This document shows positions 1 to 9,186 of a stretch of 19,884 nt of DNA, piece after piece. The position numbers were made by a program, and so were the translations under genes. Source of the DNA: Promethearchaeota archaeon (GTDB lineage Archaea > Asgardarchaeota > Lokiarchaeia > Sigyniarchaeales > SOKP01); the NCBI GenBank assembly GCA_008080735.1, contig SHMW01000079.1, positions 1 through 19,884 on the forward strand, in the 5' to 3' direction. Each line of letters starts with the position of its first letter. Position 1 is the first letter of the stretch. The notes beneath the pieces are model-generated. The model was given only the letters and a program-made list of their open reading frames with translations. It ran no database searches and was not told the DNA's origin.

Positions 1-112
1 AAATTATGTCTTTTGTCAGGAACAGAAACCTCAATTTCTCTTTCTTTGTCTTTAAATATCTAAAATCATAAGAATAATTAGGTGTCAAAAAATGGAATTT
101 ACAATTCCACAT
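1..112 (-). CDS. possible 5' end of an unknown gene running off the left edge
   Basis: ATG at 112-110 preceded by AGGAT; open frame MWNCKFHFLTPNYSYDFRYLKTKKEKLRFLFLTKDII to the window edge; no recognisable motif. Confidence 0.25.
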   Translation of the reverse strand, partial: MWNCKFHFLTPNYSYDFRYLKTKKEKLRFLFLTKDII

Positions 113-167
113 ATCCTATAAACAAATAAAATTATTTTACATCAAATATTTTTTACCACGAGGTACT

Positions 168-668
168 ATGGGAGATAAAATTAGGAATGTACTCTTTATT
201 TGCTTCGGAAATACGGCAAGAAGTCCCGCCGCGGAAGGAATCGCAAAGGCATTAAAAAGAGACAAATGTATTGAGGAGTTGCACGACGTGTCCTTTGATT
301 CAGCGGGGTTTTTTAATGTATATAAAACCGCACAACCAGAGACGAAGCAATATCTAAAGGACAATTGGGATATTGATTTCAGTGATTTTAAGGGAAAGAT
401 AATGGATAAAGATTTGTTAGATAAACAAGACTTAATTCTTGCCATGCAGAGCCGTCATTTGAAGCGTCTGCGACGGAAATTTAAAGATGTTGATAATTTA
501 ATGGATAAGGCACACTTGCTCTTAGAATTTGCAGGAGAAGAGGGGGATTTTGACATAGAAGATCCCGTAAATTTAACACCTGGAGAATATGAACAAATCA
601 TCAAAACCGTTGAGCAAGGAGTTATTAAATCCATTGAGAAAATCATCGAAATTAATTCAGAAAAATAA
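168..668 (+). CDS. low-molecular-weight phosphatase (LMW-PTP/ArsC/YwlE superfamily), copy 1
   Basis: P-loop VLFICFGNTARS (C-X5-R-S), DSAG motif, DLILAM, general-acid DIEDP. Confidence 0.93.
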   Translation: MGDKIRNVLFICFGNTARSPAAEGIAKALKRDKCIEELHDVSFDSAGFFNVYKTAQPETKQYLKDNWDIDFSDFKGKIMDKDLLDKQDLILAMQSRHLKRLRRKFKDVDNLMDKAHLLLEFAGEEGDFDIEDPVNLTPGEYEQIIKTVEQGVIKSIEKIIEINSEK

Positions 669-717
669 TTTTCATTCTTTTTATCAATTCTTTTTTCAAT
701 CTCTATATTAATTCAAT

Positions 718-2016
718 TCAGATATAGAAAAAGGATATAATAAATAAATACCCCATGGTAAGGAGCAAATGGAATCCTGTCATCGCCGCACCAACAATTA
801 AAAAGCGTCGATAATCTAAATTTTCCACATTATTTTCTTGTGCGGTATTCAAGAGAAAAACGTTGCACGTACAACCAGATGGTAGGAAATTACCCCCAAG
901 ATTGATAGCGAATATGAAAGCAAAAAGAACGGGAACTGAAGGAAAATCATATACACCGATAAGAATATCAATGAAAGGAATCAGAAATAAGGCAGTCGGG
1001 TTATTAGCCACAAAGGCATTAATAATCGAAACGACCAATAACAATAATATCACCATAAGGGGGGTAGAAAGGACCTCAAAAGGTACTAAAAGTAACACTT
1101 CTTTAAATCCCGCCGCTTTGAGACACGCCACAACGATATATAACGCGATAAAGAAGAATAACACTTCCCATTCAAGTTCTCGTAAAATCTCACCCGCCTT
1201 TTTCTTAGTAAATCCTCTATTCAGCAATATTAGGATAAACGCTGAAAATAGCGCGACTAAATATAGTTCTGGGATTATCACAAAAAATACGATGGTAACG
1301 ATAATCGCAATGCTATTGAGAAAAAAAATACGCCTGTCTTTAATGATGATTTCCCCATTGATGAGCTCGATCACATATTTTTTTTGTTGCCTATCTATCT
1401 CAGGTTCTTCCTTCAAGAACATTCTATCCATTATAAAAATAGTTATGAACCATAAAAAAAAGGCAAATATCCAGTAATGTTGAACAAAATACAAGGTATC
1501 CAATCCATAAGTAGTAGAAATGACGATATTTTTCCCGCTCGAGAAGGGTGTGAGGATCGAACCAATATTGATACTAAGCGCCATTCCAAGTAGATGCGTA
1601 CCCGCCTTTATTTTTAATATGCGACACAATCGAATCACGATGGGGGCTAAAATTATTGCGACAACCACATCGCTGATGATTGCGGCAAGTAGCGTCGTAA
1701 TAAAACAGAGAAGATAAAAAAAAGTGCGATTATTGCCTTTTGAGATTTTGAATAACTTTATCGCTAAATATTCTAAGATATTCGATTTAGTTGCCAGATT
1801 GGTGATAATATTCATACAAAAGATTACTATAATTGCCTGAAAACCTATTTCATTTAAGAAAAACTCATAATCAGCATCCGTGAATATAGCGGTCAGGGTT
1901 GCTGCCACCAAGCAGCATATTATGGCAATCGAGAGATAATCCACTTTTTTTATTGAATAGCTGGCTAAAATGATGACAAACAAACCAATTATTATGAGTA
2001 AAAGTGGTATATTCAT
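718..2016 (-). CDS. ion transporter (IT) superfamily permease, ArsB/NhaD/SLC13-like
   Basis: About 11-12 hydrophobic segments; family motifs NIGSILTPF..KN, EWEVLFFFIALY, SIINAFVANNP and NLGGNFLP.G..N. Confidence 0.88.
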   Translation of the reverse strand: MNIPLLLIIIGLFVIILASYSIKKVDYLSIAIICCLVAATLTAIFTDADYEFFLNEIGFQAIIVIFCMNIITNLATKSNILEYLAIKLFKISKGNNRTFFYLLCFITTLLAAIISDVVVAIILAPIVIRLCRILKIKAGTHLLGMALSINIGSILTPFSSGKNIVISTTYGLDTLYFVQHYWIFAFFLWFITIFIMDRMFLKEEPEIDRQQKKYVIELINGEIIIKDRRIFFLNSIAIIVTIVFFVIIPELYLVALFSAFILILLNRGFTKKKAGEILRELEWEVLFFFIALYIVVACLKAAGFKEVLLLVPFEVLSTPLMVILLLLVVSIINAFVANNPTALFLIPFIDILIGVYDFPSVPVLFAFIFAINLGGNFLPSGCTCNVFLLNTAQENNVENLDYRRFLIVGAAMTGFHLLLTMGYLFIISFFYI

Positions 2017-2164
2017 TTGAAAAACTTATTCCAATGTAAATGCAATTAACATTAGTTGTTTTTATATATTAAATAGATCGAATTCTACTTGGCAATTTTC
2101 TGGGATGGTTTCTCTGCATTAAATTATTAATCTCTTGTTCTTTTCTTTGAAATAGAATCTAATT

Positions 2165-2653
2165 ATGAGGAATATAACGAAGATATTATTTGTATGTACA
2201 GGAAATACGGCACGGAGCCCAGCAGCCGAATATCTGGCTAAATATTATGCGAAAAAAGCCGGTCTTGATATCAAATTTGAGAGTGCGGGATTTATCAACG
2301 CATTTTCGTATATGCAACCAGAATCGAGAAAATTTTTAGATAAAATGAAGATAGATCATTCTGATTTTTCTCCCCAGTTAGTTAGCGGAGATCTAATAAA
2401 AAAGCACGATCTTATCATTACGATGGAACGCTCTCATAAAACTCGGATAATTAATACCTACAGCCAACTTGGGGAAATTCAAAAAAAAACATATACTTTA
2501 AAAGAATTCACGGGAGCTTCGGGATCATTGGATATAGAAGACCCTTATTATACATCCAGTTCAAGATATCGAGAAATTCTAAATGCTATTGACGAGAATA
2601 TTAAAAAACTGATGCAAATTTTCAAAGAAGAAAACCAAAATATTACATTCTAA
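2165..2653 (+). CDS. low-molecular-weight phosphatase (LMW-PTP/ArsC/YwlE superfamily), copy 2
   Basis: ILFVCTGNTARS P-loop, ESAG, DLIITM, DIEDPYY. Confidence 0.93.
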   Translation: MRNITKILFVCTGNTARSPAAEYLAKYYAKKAGLDIKFESAGFINAFSYMQPESRKFLDKMKIDHSDFSPQLVSGDLIKKHDLIITMERSHKTRIINTYSQLGEIQKKTYTLKEFTGASGSLDIEDPYYTSSSRYREILNAIDENIKKLMQIFKEENQNITF

Positions 2654-3185
2654 TTTTATCTAATACATCGTCTAGATAATAGATTTGCTCTTCTCCTATT
2701 TCCTCCTCAATAATATTAGCTAATGAGTACTTAAAAGCCCATACTTCCACACGCTTATTCAGTTCCTTCACTTTTTTGATTACAGGAAGAAAATCACCAT
2801 CTCCAGAAACCAGAATAGCTGTATCATATCTATTTTCGTACGCAAAGGACACCATATCGATCGCGATTCTCACATCAACTTTCTTCTCAAAGGTTTTTCT
2901 TGAGACTCTCTTATCAAAGCTAGCCTTAATTGTGTAATTACTGTTATTTTTAAGGTCGTTATACCATTTTTTCTTCCTATTACTCATCGGATATACGATT
3001 CCTTCATATAGAAATATATCTTGTAAAATTCTATTTCCGAGAAGGACGGATTTTAGCCTTTCATAGTCTGCTTTTATTTTGTATCTCCTAAAACCTTTAA
3101 AAATATTGGAATTATCAATAAAAATCATTACTTTTTCATTAGACAAAAAATCAACTTGAGGTTCTATTAAACTGATATTGATCAA
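2643..3185 (-). CDS. NYN-domain (LabA/DUF88, PIN-like) protein
   Basis: IFIDNSN, EKKVDVRIAIDM and ILVSGDGDF acidic motifs all intact; start uncertain (TTG 3185 or 3146); 3' end overlaps the convergent phosphatase by 11 bp. Confidence 0.92.
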   Translation of the reverse strand: MINISLIEPQVDFLSNEKVMIFIDNSNIFKGFRRYKIKADYERLKSVLLGNRILQDIFLYEGIVYPMSNRKKKWYNDLKNNSNYTIKASFDKRVSRKTFEKKVDVRIAIDMVSFAYENRYDTAILVSGDGDFLPVIKKVKELNKRVEVWAFKYSLANIIEEEIGEEQIYYLDDVLDKIRM

Positions 3186-3289
3186 AAGGTTTTAATACCA
3201 AAAAACCACACGCTTTAAATGTAAATGGGAGATAATATATAATAATATACTTTTAAAACTTATTCGAAGAGATTATTGATTTCAATTAT

Positions 3290-3691
3290 ATGAAGAAAGC
3301 TCAAGTTTGGTTGAAGGAAGCAGAATGGGATCTAAAAAATGCTCAAATCTTATTTGAAAATCAAAGATATAACACAGTGATTTTTTTAGCACAGCAAGCA
3401 TCCGAAAAAGCTGTGAAAGCTCTTCTCTTTTCTGAAGGTTTAAATGGTTGGGGTCATTCAATTTTAAATTTACTTAAGAAATATGCAGAAATTAGGAATC
3501 GGGAAATTGATTCTGTTGAAAAAGAGGCATTAAGCTTGGATAGAGAGTATATTCCAACAAGATATCCAGATGCTTTACCTGGACTTGCTCCTCATGAAGC
3601 ATATGATAAAAATGATGCAAAAAAAGCTTTAAGGGAAGCAGAAGAGATCATTAAATTTGTTAAAAATGAATTTAATACAAATCAAAATTAA
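3290..3691 (+). CDS. HEPN-domain protein (archaeal COG2250-like)
   Basis: W...A..DL..A, AQQASEKAVKALL, GHSILNLL and YIPTRYP motifs; sits next to an MNT gene. Confidence 0.92.
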   Translation: MKKAQVWLKEAEWDLKNAQILFENQRYNTVIFLAQQASEKAVKALLFSEGLNGWGHSILNLLKKYAEIRNREIDSVEKEALSLDREYIPTRYPDALPGLAPHEAYDKNDAKKALREAEEIIKFVKNEFNTNQN

Positions 3692-3715
3692 AAAAGTATA
3701 GGATGAGAGAATAAA

Positions 3716-4141
3716 ATGAATAAAGAACTGGTTAAGTCCTTAAATAGTTTAATTAAAAGTGTAAATAGAAAAATAAATTTGGAATGTGTTATTTTATTTG
3801 GTTCCCAAGCGCGAAATGAAGCTATGCCTCAAAGTGATATTGATTTAATCTTTATAGGAGATTTTGAGAAAAAATTTACTCGTCGCTCAAAAATTATTTA
3901 TAATAATTTTAATTTTGATCTCGGAAGAGGTTTGGACGCATTTTGCTACACAGCCTCTGAATTTGATAGGATGTTTTATGAAGGAGTGGTTTCGATATTA
4001 GATTCAATTGATGAAGGGATCTGCTTGCTTGGAGAAGAGTTTTTTGAGAAATACAAAAAGATATTGAATAAATTAAAGGAGAGAGGTCTCAAGAAAGATC
4101 CTCCGGTATGGATTTTACCAGAATCGATGGAAGTAAATTAA
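3716..4141 (+). CDS. minimal nucleotidyltransferase (MNT)
   Basis: ILFGSQAR...SDIDL (GS-X10-DXD) plus downstream LDAF; paired with HEPN. Confidence 0.92.
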   Translation: MNKELVKSLNSLIKSVNRKINLECVILFGSQARNEAMPQSDIDLIFIGDFEKKFTRRSKIIYNNFNFDLGRGLDAFCYTASEFDRMFYEGVVSILDSIDEGICLLGEEFFEKYKKILNKLKERGLKKDPPVWILPESMEVN

Positions 4142-4185
4142 TTTTGCATATAATAACTTTTAAACCTATTAGTTACGAAATTCAA

Positions 4186-4689
4186 TCACTCATCTTTCAA
4201 CTCTCTTTTAAGAATATTAATTACCTTCTCAACAACAGGAAACATCTTAATAAAAAGATTAACCAATTGGTTAATTGAATCAAATCTTTCTTGATCTTTC
4301 AATTGATTTTTACATTTTTCCATATTTTCTTTCATATCCTTAAAATCATCTTTATACTTTAGGTAATATTTAATTGAATGCAAATACGATTTAATAAAGC
4401 CATCTGTAACAGAATCCATCGAATAAATATATTCACCTGTAGGTAGACGACCTCTTTCTTTGATAATATTTCGCTCTAGTAAATAATTGATTTCTTGAGA
4501 TACTGTGCCAGGTGAAAGTAGAGTCAATTCCCTAAGTTTCGCTTGAGTAAGATTCTCTCGTGTGATAAAATATGATATAATCTGAGCTGTCGATCCTTTC
4601 TCTCCAATTAATAGCTGTGATTGCATAAGATAATTTACAACCTCATCTTCAATTTCCCTAATTTGAGGATCAAACTTAATTTGATTCAA
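4186..4689 (-). CDS. GbsR/MarR-like winged-helix regulator
   Basis: LTQAKLRELTLLSPGTVSQEINYLLERNII HTH, wing, then coiled C-terminal helices. Confidence 0.82.
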   Translation of the reverse strand: MNQIKFDPQIREIEDEVVNYLMQSQLLIGEKGSTAQIISYFITRENLTQAKLRELTLLSPGTVSQEINYLLERNIIKERGRLPTGEYIYSMDSVTDGFIKSYLHSIKYYLKYKDDFKDMKENMEKCKNQLKDQERFDSINQLVNLFIKMFPVVEKVINILKRELKDE

Positions 4690-5464
4690 ATTTATCTCCC
4701 ATAATTGATTGAATTTGATTTGAGGAAATTACTTTAAACAAAATATTTTCTAATAAGATACAAAATTCCTTCATTTCTTCTAATCGTTTTGATAGTAAAT
4801 CAAGGCCATTTCTGCTTTGATTATCCATTTTTTTCAATTGAGAGATCTTTTTATCAACAAATTTCAATAGTTCTTCAGCTTTTAGTGATTTTATAATTGA
4901 AACGTTTTTCGCAACATAGGCCATAGACTCTCCGATGGTATATTCATATTTCCGCGTTCCCTCTATGAGTTTTTTATGAACGAAGCCATAATTAACTAAA
5001 ATCTTTAGATTCTCTGAGATTGCACCTCTAGAATATCCTGATAATTTCTTAAGCTCTAATTGAGTCAAATGTTTATAAATAAGAAGATATGCTATAATAG
5101 CTGAAAGTGTTTCGTTAGTTCCTTTTCTTTTACCTATATCAACCAAAAACTTTACAAGTTTCTTCTCATAGGTTCTAATTTTCTCTTTTTGCAATTCTTT
5201 CTTTTTTATTTTTTCTGAAGATTGACGATTCAATACATCTTCAACTTGTCGCCAAAGAAATTCAAAATTGTCTTGGTATTCTTCTTCATTTTCTACAAGA
5301 TTTATGATTTTTTGGATTCTCTCGTCAAAACTTAAAGGATTTAAGATTAATTCCCTCAGCTTTTTTTTGAATTCAGCGATTTCATAAATTCCCTTTTCTA
5401 TGTAGTCTTCTATTAATTGTTGAATTAAACCATTCAAAATGTTAATATCTTTAGATTTAACCAT
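4676..5464 (-). CDS. GbsR/MarR-like winged-helix regulator with ~95-aa N-terminal helical extension
   Basis: LTQLELKKLSGYSRGAISENLKILVNYGFVHKKLIEGTRKYEY; overlaps the downstream paralogue by 14 bp. Confidence 0.82.
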   Translation of the reverse strand: MVKSKDINILNGLIQQLIEDYIEKGIYEIAEFKKKLRELILNPLSFDERIQKIINLVENEEEYQDNFEFLWRQVEDVLNRQSSEKIKKKELQKEKIRTYEKKLVKFLVDIGKRKGTNETLSAIIAYLLIYKHLTQLELKKLSGYSRGAISENLKILVNYGFVHKKLIEGTRKYEYTIGESMAYVAKNVSIIKSLKAEELLKFVDKKISQLKKMDNQSRNGLDLLSKRLEEMKEFCILLENILFKVISSNQIQSIMGDKFESN

Positions 5465-5539
5465 GAAAATAATTTATAATATTAGTTTTTGAAATCTCTT
5501 TTCTTATATAATATATCATTAGCTTTGTATATAAGATTC

Positions 5540-5559
5540 TTCATTTCAAATGAAATGAA
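5540..5559. promoter_or_regulatory. palindromic operator 1 (TTCATTTCA-AA-TGAAATGAA)
   Basis: Perfect 9-bp inverted repeat between the divergent regulator and ABC genes, directly upstream of a TTATATAT box at 5564-5571. Confidence 0.8.
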
Positions 5560-5605
5560 AACACTTATATATGAAAATTGATAATTATAATTTAGAAAAA
5601 TAAGT

Positions 5606-5625
5606 TTCATTTCATCTGAAGTGAA
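5606..5625. promoter_or_regulatory. palindromic operator 2 (TTCATTTCA-TC-TGAAGTGAA)
   Basis: Second copy of the same motif with one mismatch, just before the GGTGA RBS of the ABC ATPase. Confidence 0.8.
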
Positions 5626-5638
5626 GGTGATAATAAGA

Positions 5639-6577
5639 ATGAATTCGATCGAAGTAAAAAATTTAAAAAAGTATTACAACGGGGGATCAGTGAAAGCAGT
5701 TGACGGAATTTCTTTTGAAGTGCCTCAAGGTGCAAGATTCGGATTTTTAGGCCCTAATGGAGCTGGAAAGACCACTACCATTCGGTGTATCTTGGGATTT
5801 TTACACCCTGAGGATGGGGAAATCCATATACAAGGGGAAAAAATTACCCCCGTTTATGATGTGGAGTATCGCAATAAAATCGGATATCTCCCCGGAGAGC
5901 TGGGCTTGTATAAAACGATGAATGCGATGGATCTTTTTCAGCATTTTATGAAGCTTTATGATATGGATATTGATTGGAATTATGTAAAAGAGTTAGCTGA
6001 CCGACTCGAATTAGACTTAGAACGTAAAATGGGAAACCTAAGTAAAGGGAATAAACAAAAAGTTGGAGTAATCTCTGCTCTGATGGGAAAGTTTGATCTT
6101 TTAATTATGGATGAGCCATCTTCTTCATTAGATCCACTTAAAAAAAGAGAACTTTTCAAAATCATCTCTGAACACCAAAAAGAACATAATTCTACTATCT
6201 TTTTATCAAGCCATATTCTTGAAGAGGTTGAAAAATTTTGTGATCAAGTAGCTATAATAAGAAAAGGAAAAATCATCGAAATTTCAAATATTGATGATCT
6301 AAAAGCTAAAAGTCTGAAGGAAATTGGAATATATTTCAAGACTTCTAAAGGAAGAGAAGAATTTTTATCTTTTTTAAACTCAAAATATCCCCAAACTGTA
6401 TTAAAATATAATTCCAATCATCATGTAATATTTCTTATACCCCCAAAGGAAAGTCGAGAAATTCTTGAGAACATCAGTACACAGAAATGGGACGGGGAAT
6501 TTATCGAAGATTTCACAGTCGAGCACTCTTCATTAGAAAACATATTTTTACAATATTATCATGGGGGTGAAAAATAA
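5639..6577 (+). CDS. ABC-2 type exporter ATP-binding subunit
   Basis: Walker A GPNGAGKTT, signature LSKGNKQKV, Walker B LLIMDEP, H-loop LSSH. ATG 5639 preferred over GTG 5621 because GGTGA (5626-5630) precedes it. Confidence 0.95.
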   Translation: MNSIEVKNLKKYYNGGSVKAVDGISFEVPQGARFGFLGPNGAGKTTTIRCILGFLHPEDGEIHIQGEKITPVYDVEYRNKIGYLPGELGLYKTMNAMDLFQHFMKLYDMDIDWNYVKELADRLELDLERKMGNLSKGNKQKVGVISALMGKFDLLIMDEPSSSLDPLKKRELFKIISEHQKEHNSTIFLSSHILEEVEKFCDQVAIIRKGKIIEISNIDDLKAKSLKEIGIYFKTSKGREEFLSFLNSKYPQTVLKYNSNHHVIFLIPPKESREILENISTQKWDGEFIEDFTVEHSSLENIFLQYYHGGEK

Positions 6578-7392
6578 TGAAAGTATTTGAGTTGGCTAAA
6601 AAGGATTTATCTATTAATAAAACAGGGATTCTAATCTTTTCAGGATGTATCGCTTTATTCTTTTTCTGGTTTTCTTCTGTGTTTGATCCAGAATTATTTG
6701 CTGATCTAGAAGAATTCTATCAGAACTTTCCTGAAGCTATTAAATCTTTAGTTGGGGGACAATTATCCATCAGTGACTATAACAGCTTTATGAATGTGTA
6801 TCTGTTTTCCTTTGCATGGATGTGGATGGGTTTATATTTTCTTCTTAAAACTTCTCAAGATATTCCAACAGAAATTGAAGAAAAAACAATCGAAATTACA
6901 CTTTCGAAGCCAATAAAACGTTGGGAATTTGTAACAGCAAAATTGCTAAGACATCTAATAGTCCTTTTATTTATAACAGGACTCACAATGTTAAGTGTGT
7001 TTTCAGCACCATTCATACTCCCTAATACTGATCCAAATTATGTCAATTTCGGACCATTATCTATAGCATTTGTTTTATTAGTGCTTCATTTGTTCTCTCT
7101 ATTGGTAACAGGATTCATTTTTTCGACACTTTTCAATAGAAAGAAAGCATTGGCATTAAGTTTCGGAGTATTAATTTTTTTTTATGCAATTGGACAATTT
7201 TATGGGCTCTTTCCGGAAATAATCCGAGATATCAAATTTATCAGTATTTTCTATTACTTTGATACTTATGACCTACTTGTAAATGCTTCTCTAGACGGAT
7301 TGTTTATAAACATGCTTATTCTTTCCATATATTCTGTAGCTTTAATAATCGCATCGATTTTGATTTTTCAAAAGCGTAATATCCCCGTCTAA
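6577..7392 (+). CDS. ABC-2 type exporter permease
   Basis: About 6 TM segments, EIEEKTIEITLSKPIKRWEFVTAK motif, C-terminal FQKRNI; TAATG coupling to the ATPase. Confidence 0.93.
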   Translation: MKVFELAKKDLSINKTGILIFSGCIALFFFWFSSVFDPELFADLEEFYQNFPEAIKSLVGGQLSISDYNSFMNVYLFSFAWMWMGLYFLLKTSQDIPTEIEEKTIEITLSKPIKRWEFVTAKLLRHLIVLLFITGLTMLSVFSAPFILPNTDPNYVNFGPLSIAFVLLVLHLFSLLVTGFIFSTLFNRKKALALSFGVLIFFYAIGQFYGLFPEIIRDIKFISIFYYFDTYDLLVNASLDGLFINMLILSIYSVALIIASILIFQKRNIPV

Positions 7393-9186
7393 TCTGTAAT
7401 TAAATCTTTTTTCTTTTAATTCTTTCTGAATATAATCATCATAAATAACCTAATCTTATATTAGAGATTGGATTATTAGGGATTGATAAACTCTTTCCTT
7501 AACCTTTTCTGAGTAATTATGATATTTCGTTATTATTTTTATTACTTCTTTATTTCCTTTTTCTGTTAAATATGCTCTATCAAATTTATGATCCATATGC
7601 CTCTGATGTAGATTATCCATTTTTACAATTTTTAGGTATCCTCTTTCTATTAGACTTTTGGATAATGAATTATAGAAATAACTATATGAAAAACCTGAAA
7701 TTTTAATAAATCTTTGACAAATCATATATTCCCTTCTAAAAAATTTTATATAATAATAAACAATAAGTAGATAAAGTCTCCATCTATTGTAGTTATCGAA
7801 TGGCAATTCCAATGAAAATTTCGAATCCTCTATTAATTTTGTGGGGTATTCAAATTTCTTTAAGCTATTTAGGATATCTTCAAATTTGGTTTCGGCTTTC
7901 TTTTTAATTAGTTTTAATTGATCTTCATCGTAAAAAGATTTTAATACTTTATCACATACCAAATGAAAACTTGAATGTAGGTAGTAATGACAATTAGAAC
8001 ATAGACTGACACATTTTTCTTCGATAATTTTCTGAACAATTTCTTTAATATTTAAAGAGCTAATACCTTGCCAAAAGGAACCCTCCTCAGATTTCAATTC
8101 GGTATCAATATGATGTAAATCAAGTGTTGTGAGGTAATCATTTCCACAACTTATGCATTTACTATTAAAAAGCAACTTAAAAATAAATCTTTTTTTAATC
8201 CATTTTTTTATCTGATATTTGAATTTGCTAAATATTTTTTTTGGTACTTCCTTTTTTTTTGAAAGATAATTACTTTCAATATAATTGTTAAATGTATATG
8301 AATTTTCGAATTTCTTTAATTCATTGTCTAAAAACCTATCTACTTGTTCTGGATTCATTTCGAACAAATCCTTTTTGAAAATAATATTTGAAAATATTTT
8401 TGGTATTTTCACTTGTTCTATGGAGTGATGATTTTTGCATAATTGAGAAAGATTACTGTTGTCAAAATCTTTTAAATGGCATTTTCCACTATAATAATCA
8501 CTTAAAGTATAATTTTTATTTTTTTTATGATGAATATCGATTATTGGTAAATCTATAACATTGGATTCACATTTCTCACATTTAATTTCGCCAAAGAGAT
8601 GGAATAACAATTTAAACTTTTTTTTATTATCTCTTATTACTTTTTTAGAGATAAAATTCTTTAATCGCTCACATAAATTATAGTTTGCAAAATTAAATAA
8701 TGCTTTTGTAAATTCAATCCCAAATCTCTCAAAGAAATATGATTTTTTTTTATTATAATGCTTTTTTCTTAGTTGGCTAAAAGTAAATTCGAAATGACCC
8801 CTTGATCTTCCTCTCTTGAGGGCATTTCTAAAAGCATTAAATCCTAATGCATTTAATTCCTCAAAAGTTAAATTTGACTTTATAATGTAATAAGGAAGTA
8901 TCACTATAATGAAGTAATCATCTGCCAAGCAAGGATTTTTGTATAACCAAGACCATTTACTTTCTAATGATGATATCTTTATTGATCTTATTTCTAAGAA
9001 TATTTTCTCTTCTGGTAAAAATTCATAAAAAACCATTTTTTTATCTCATCTCATCGAATTCTTTTAAAGGGTTTTAAAATAGAAAAGAAATAAATACTTT
9101 TAAATGAAAATAATCACTAATTTCGATCCTTAAAGAATAGAAATTTTAAAAAATTCAATACTGGGATGAATTTATGAATTATACTT
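7240..9186. mobile_element. putative homing-endonuclease cassette (replacement permease 3' end plus double-HNH gene)
   Basis: 1947-bp interval between the starts of the two homologous permease 3' ends; both begin within a shared TTATCAG; only other content is the AT-rich HNH gene. The left boundary could lie further upstream. Confidence 0.55.
7456..9036 (-). CDS. tandem Zn-binding HNH endonuclease-like protein with probable C-terminal winged helix
   Basis: Module 1: CEKC...DIHH...NLSQLCKNHH (aa ~153-204). Module 2: CISC...DLHH...KCVSLCSNCH...H (aa ~294-354). C-terminal LSKSLIERGYLKIV...AYLTEKG resembles a wHTH. Confidence 0.75.
   Translation of the reverse strand: MVFYEFLPEEKIFLEIRSIKISSLESKWSWLYKNPCLADDYFIIVILPYYIIKSNLTFEELNALGFNAFRNALKRGRSRGHFEFTFSQLRKKHYNKKKSYFFERFGIEFTKALFNFANYNLCERLKNFISKKVIRDNKKKFKLLFHLFGEIKCEKCESNVIDLPIIDIHHKKNKNYTLSDYYSGKCHLKDFDNSNLSQLCKNHHSIEQVKIPKIFSNIIFKKDLFEMNPEQVDRFLDNELKKFENSYTFNNYIESNYLSKKKEVPKKIFSKFKYQIKKWIKKRFIFKLLFNSKCISCGNDYLTTLDLHHIDTELKSEEGSFWQGISSLNIKEIVQKIIEEKCVSLCSNCHYYLHSSFHLVCDKVLKSFYDEDQLKLIKKKAETKFEDILNSLKKFEYPTKLIEDSKFSLELPFDNYNRWRLYLLIVYYYIKFFRREYMICQRFIKISGFSYSYFYNSLSKSLIERGYLKIVKMDNLHQRHMDHKFDRAYLTEKGNKEVIKIITKYHNYSEKVKERVYQSLIIQSLI

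Noticed and set aside
93-109. TGGAATT-TAC-AATTCCA inverted repeat
   Set aside because: Single 7-bp arms, possibly inside a coding frame, with no second copy; function cannot be supported.
863-1477. 204-aa plus-strand ORF and the other short overlapping ORFs in the track (137-445, 455-646, 1520-1717, 5980-6165, 9459-9689, 10087-10275, 11001-11207, 14494-14898, 16630-16902, 19169-19477)
   Set aside because: Antisense or off-frame shadows of well-supported genes, with no recognisable motifs.
168-2653. Phosphatase pair as a second insertion-with-duplication event
   Set aside because: Both copies are full-length and far more diverged, and the intervening gene is a transporter; this looks like an old paralogy.
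7456-9186. IS element, IscB/Cas9-like RNA-guided nuclease, or intron
   Set aside because: No RuvC, DDE or Y1 motifs, no terminal inverted repeats, no obvious structured ncRNA or CRISPR repeats in the short AT-rich flanks; the permease ORF is complete without splicing.
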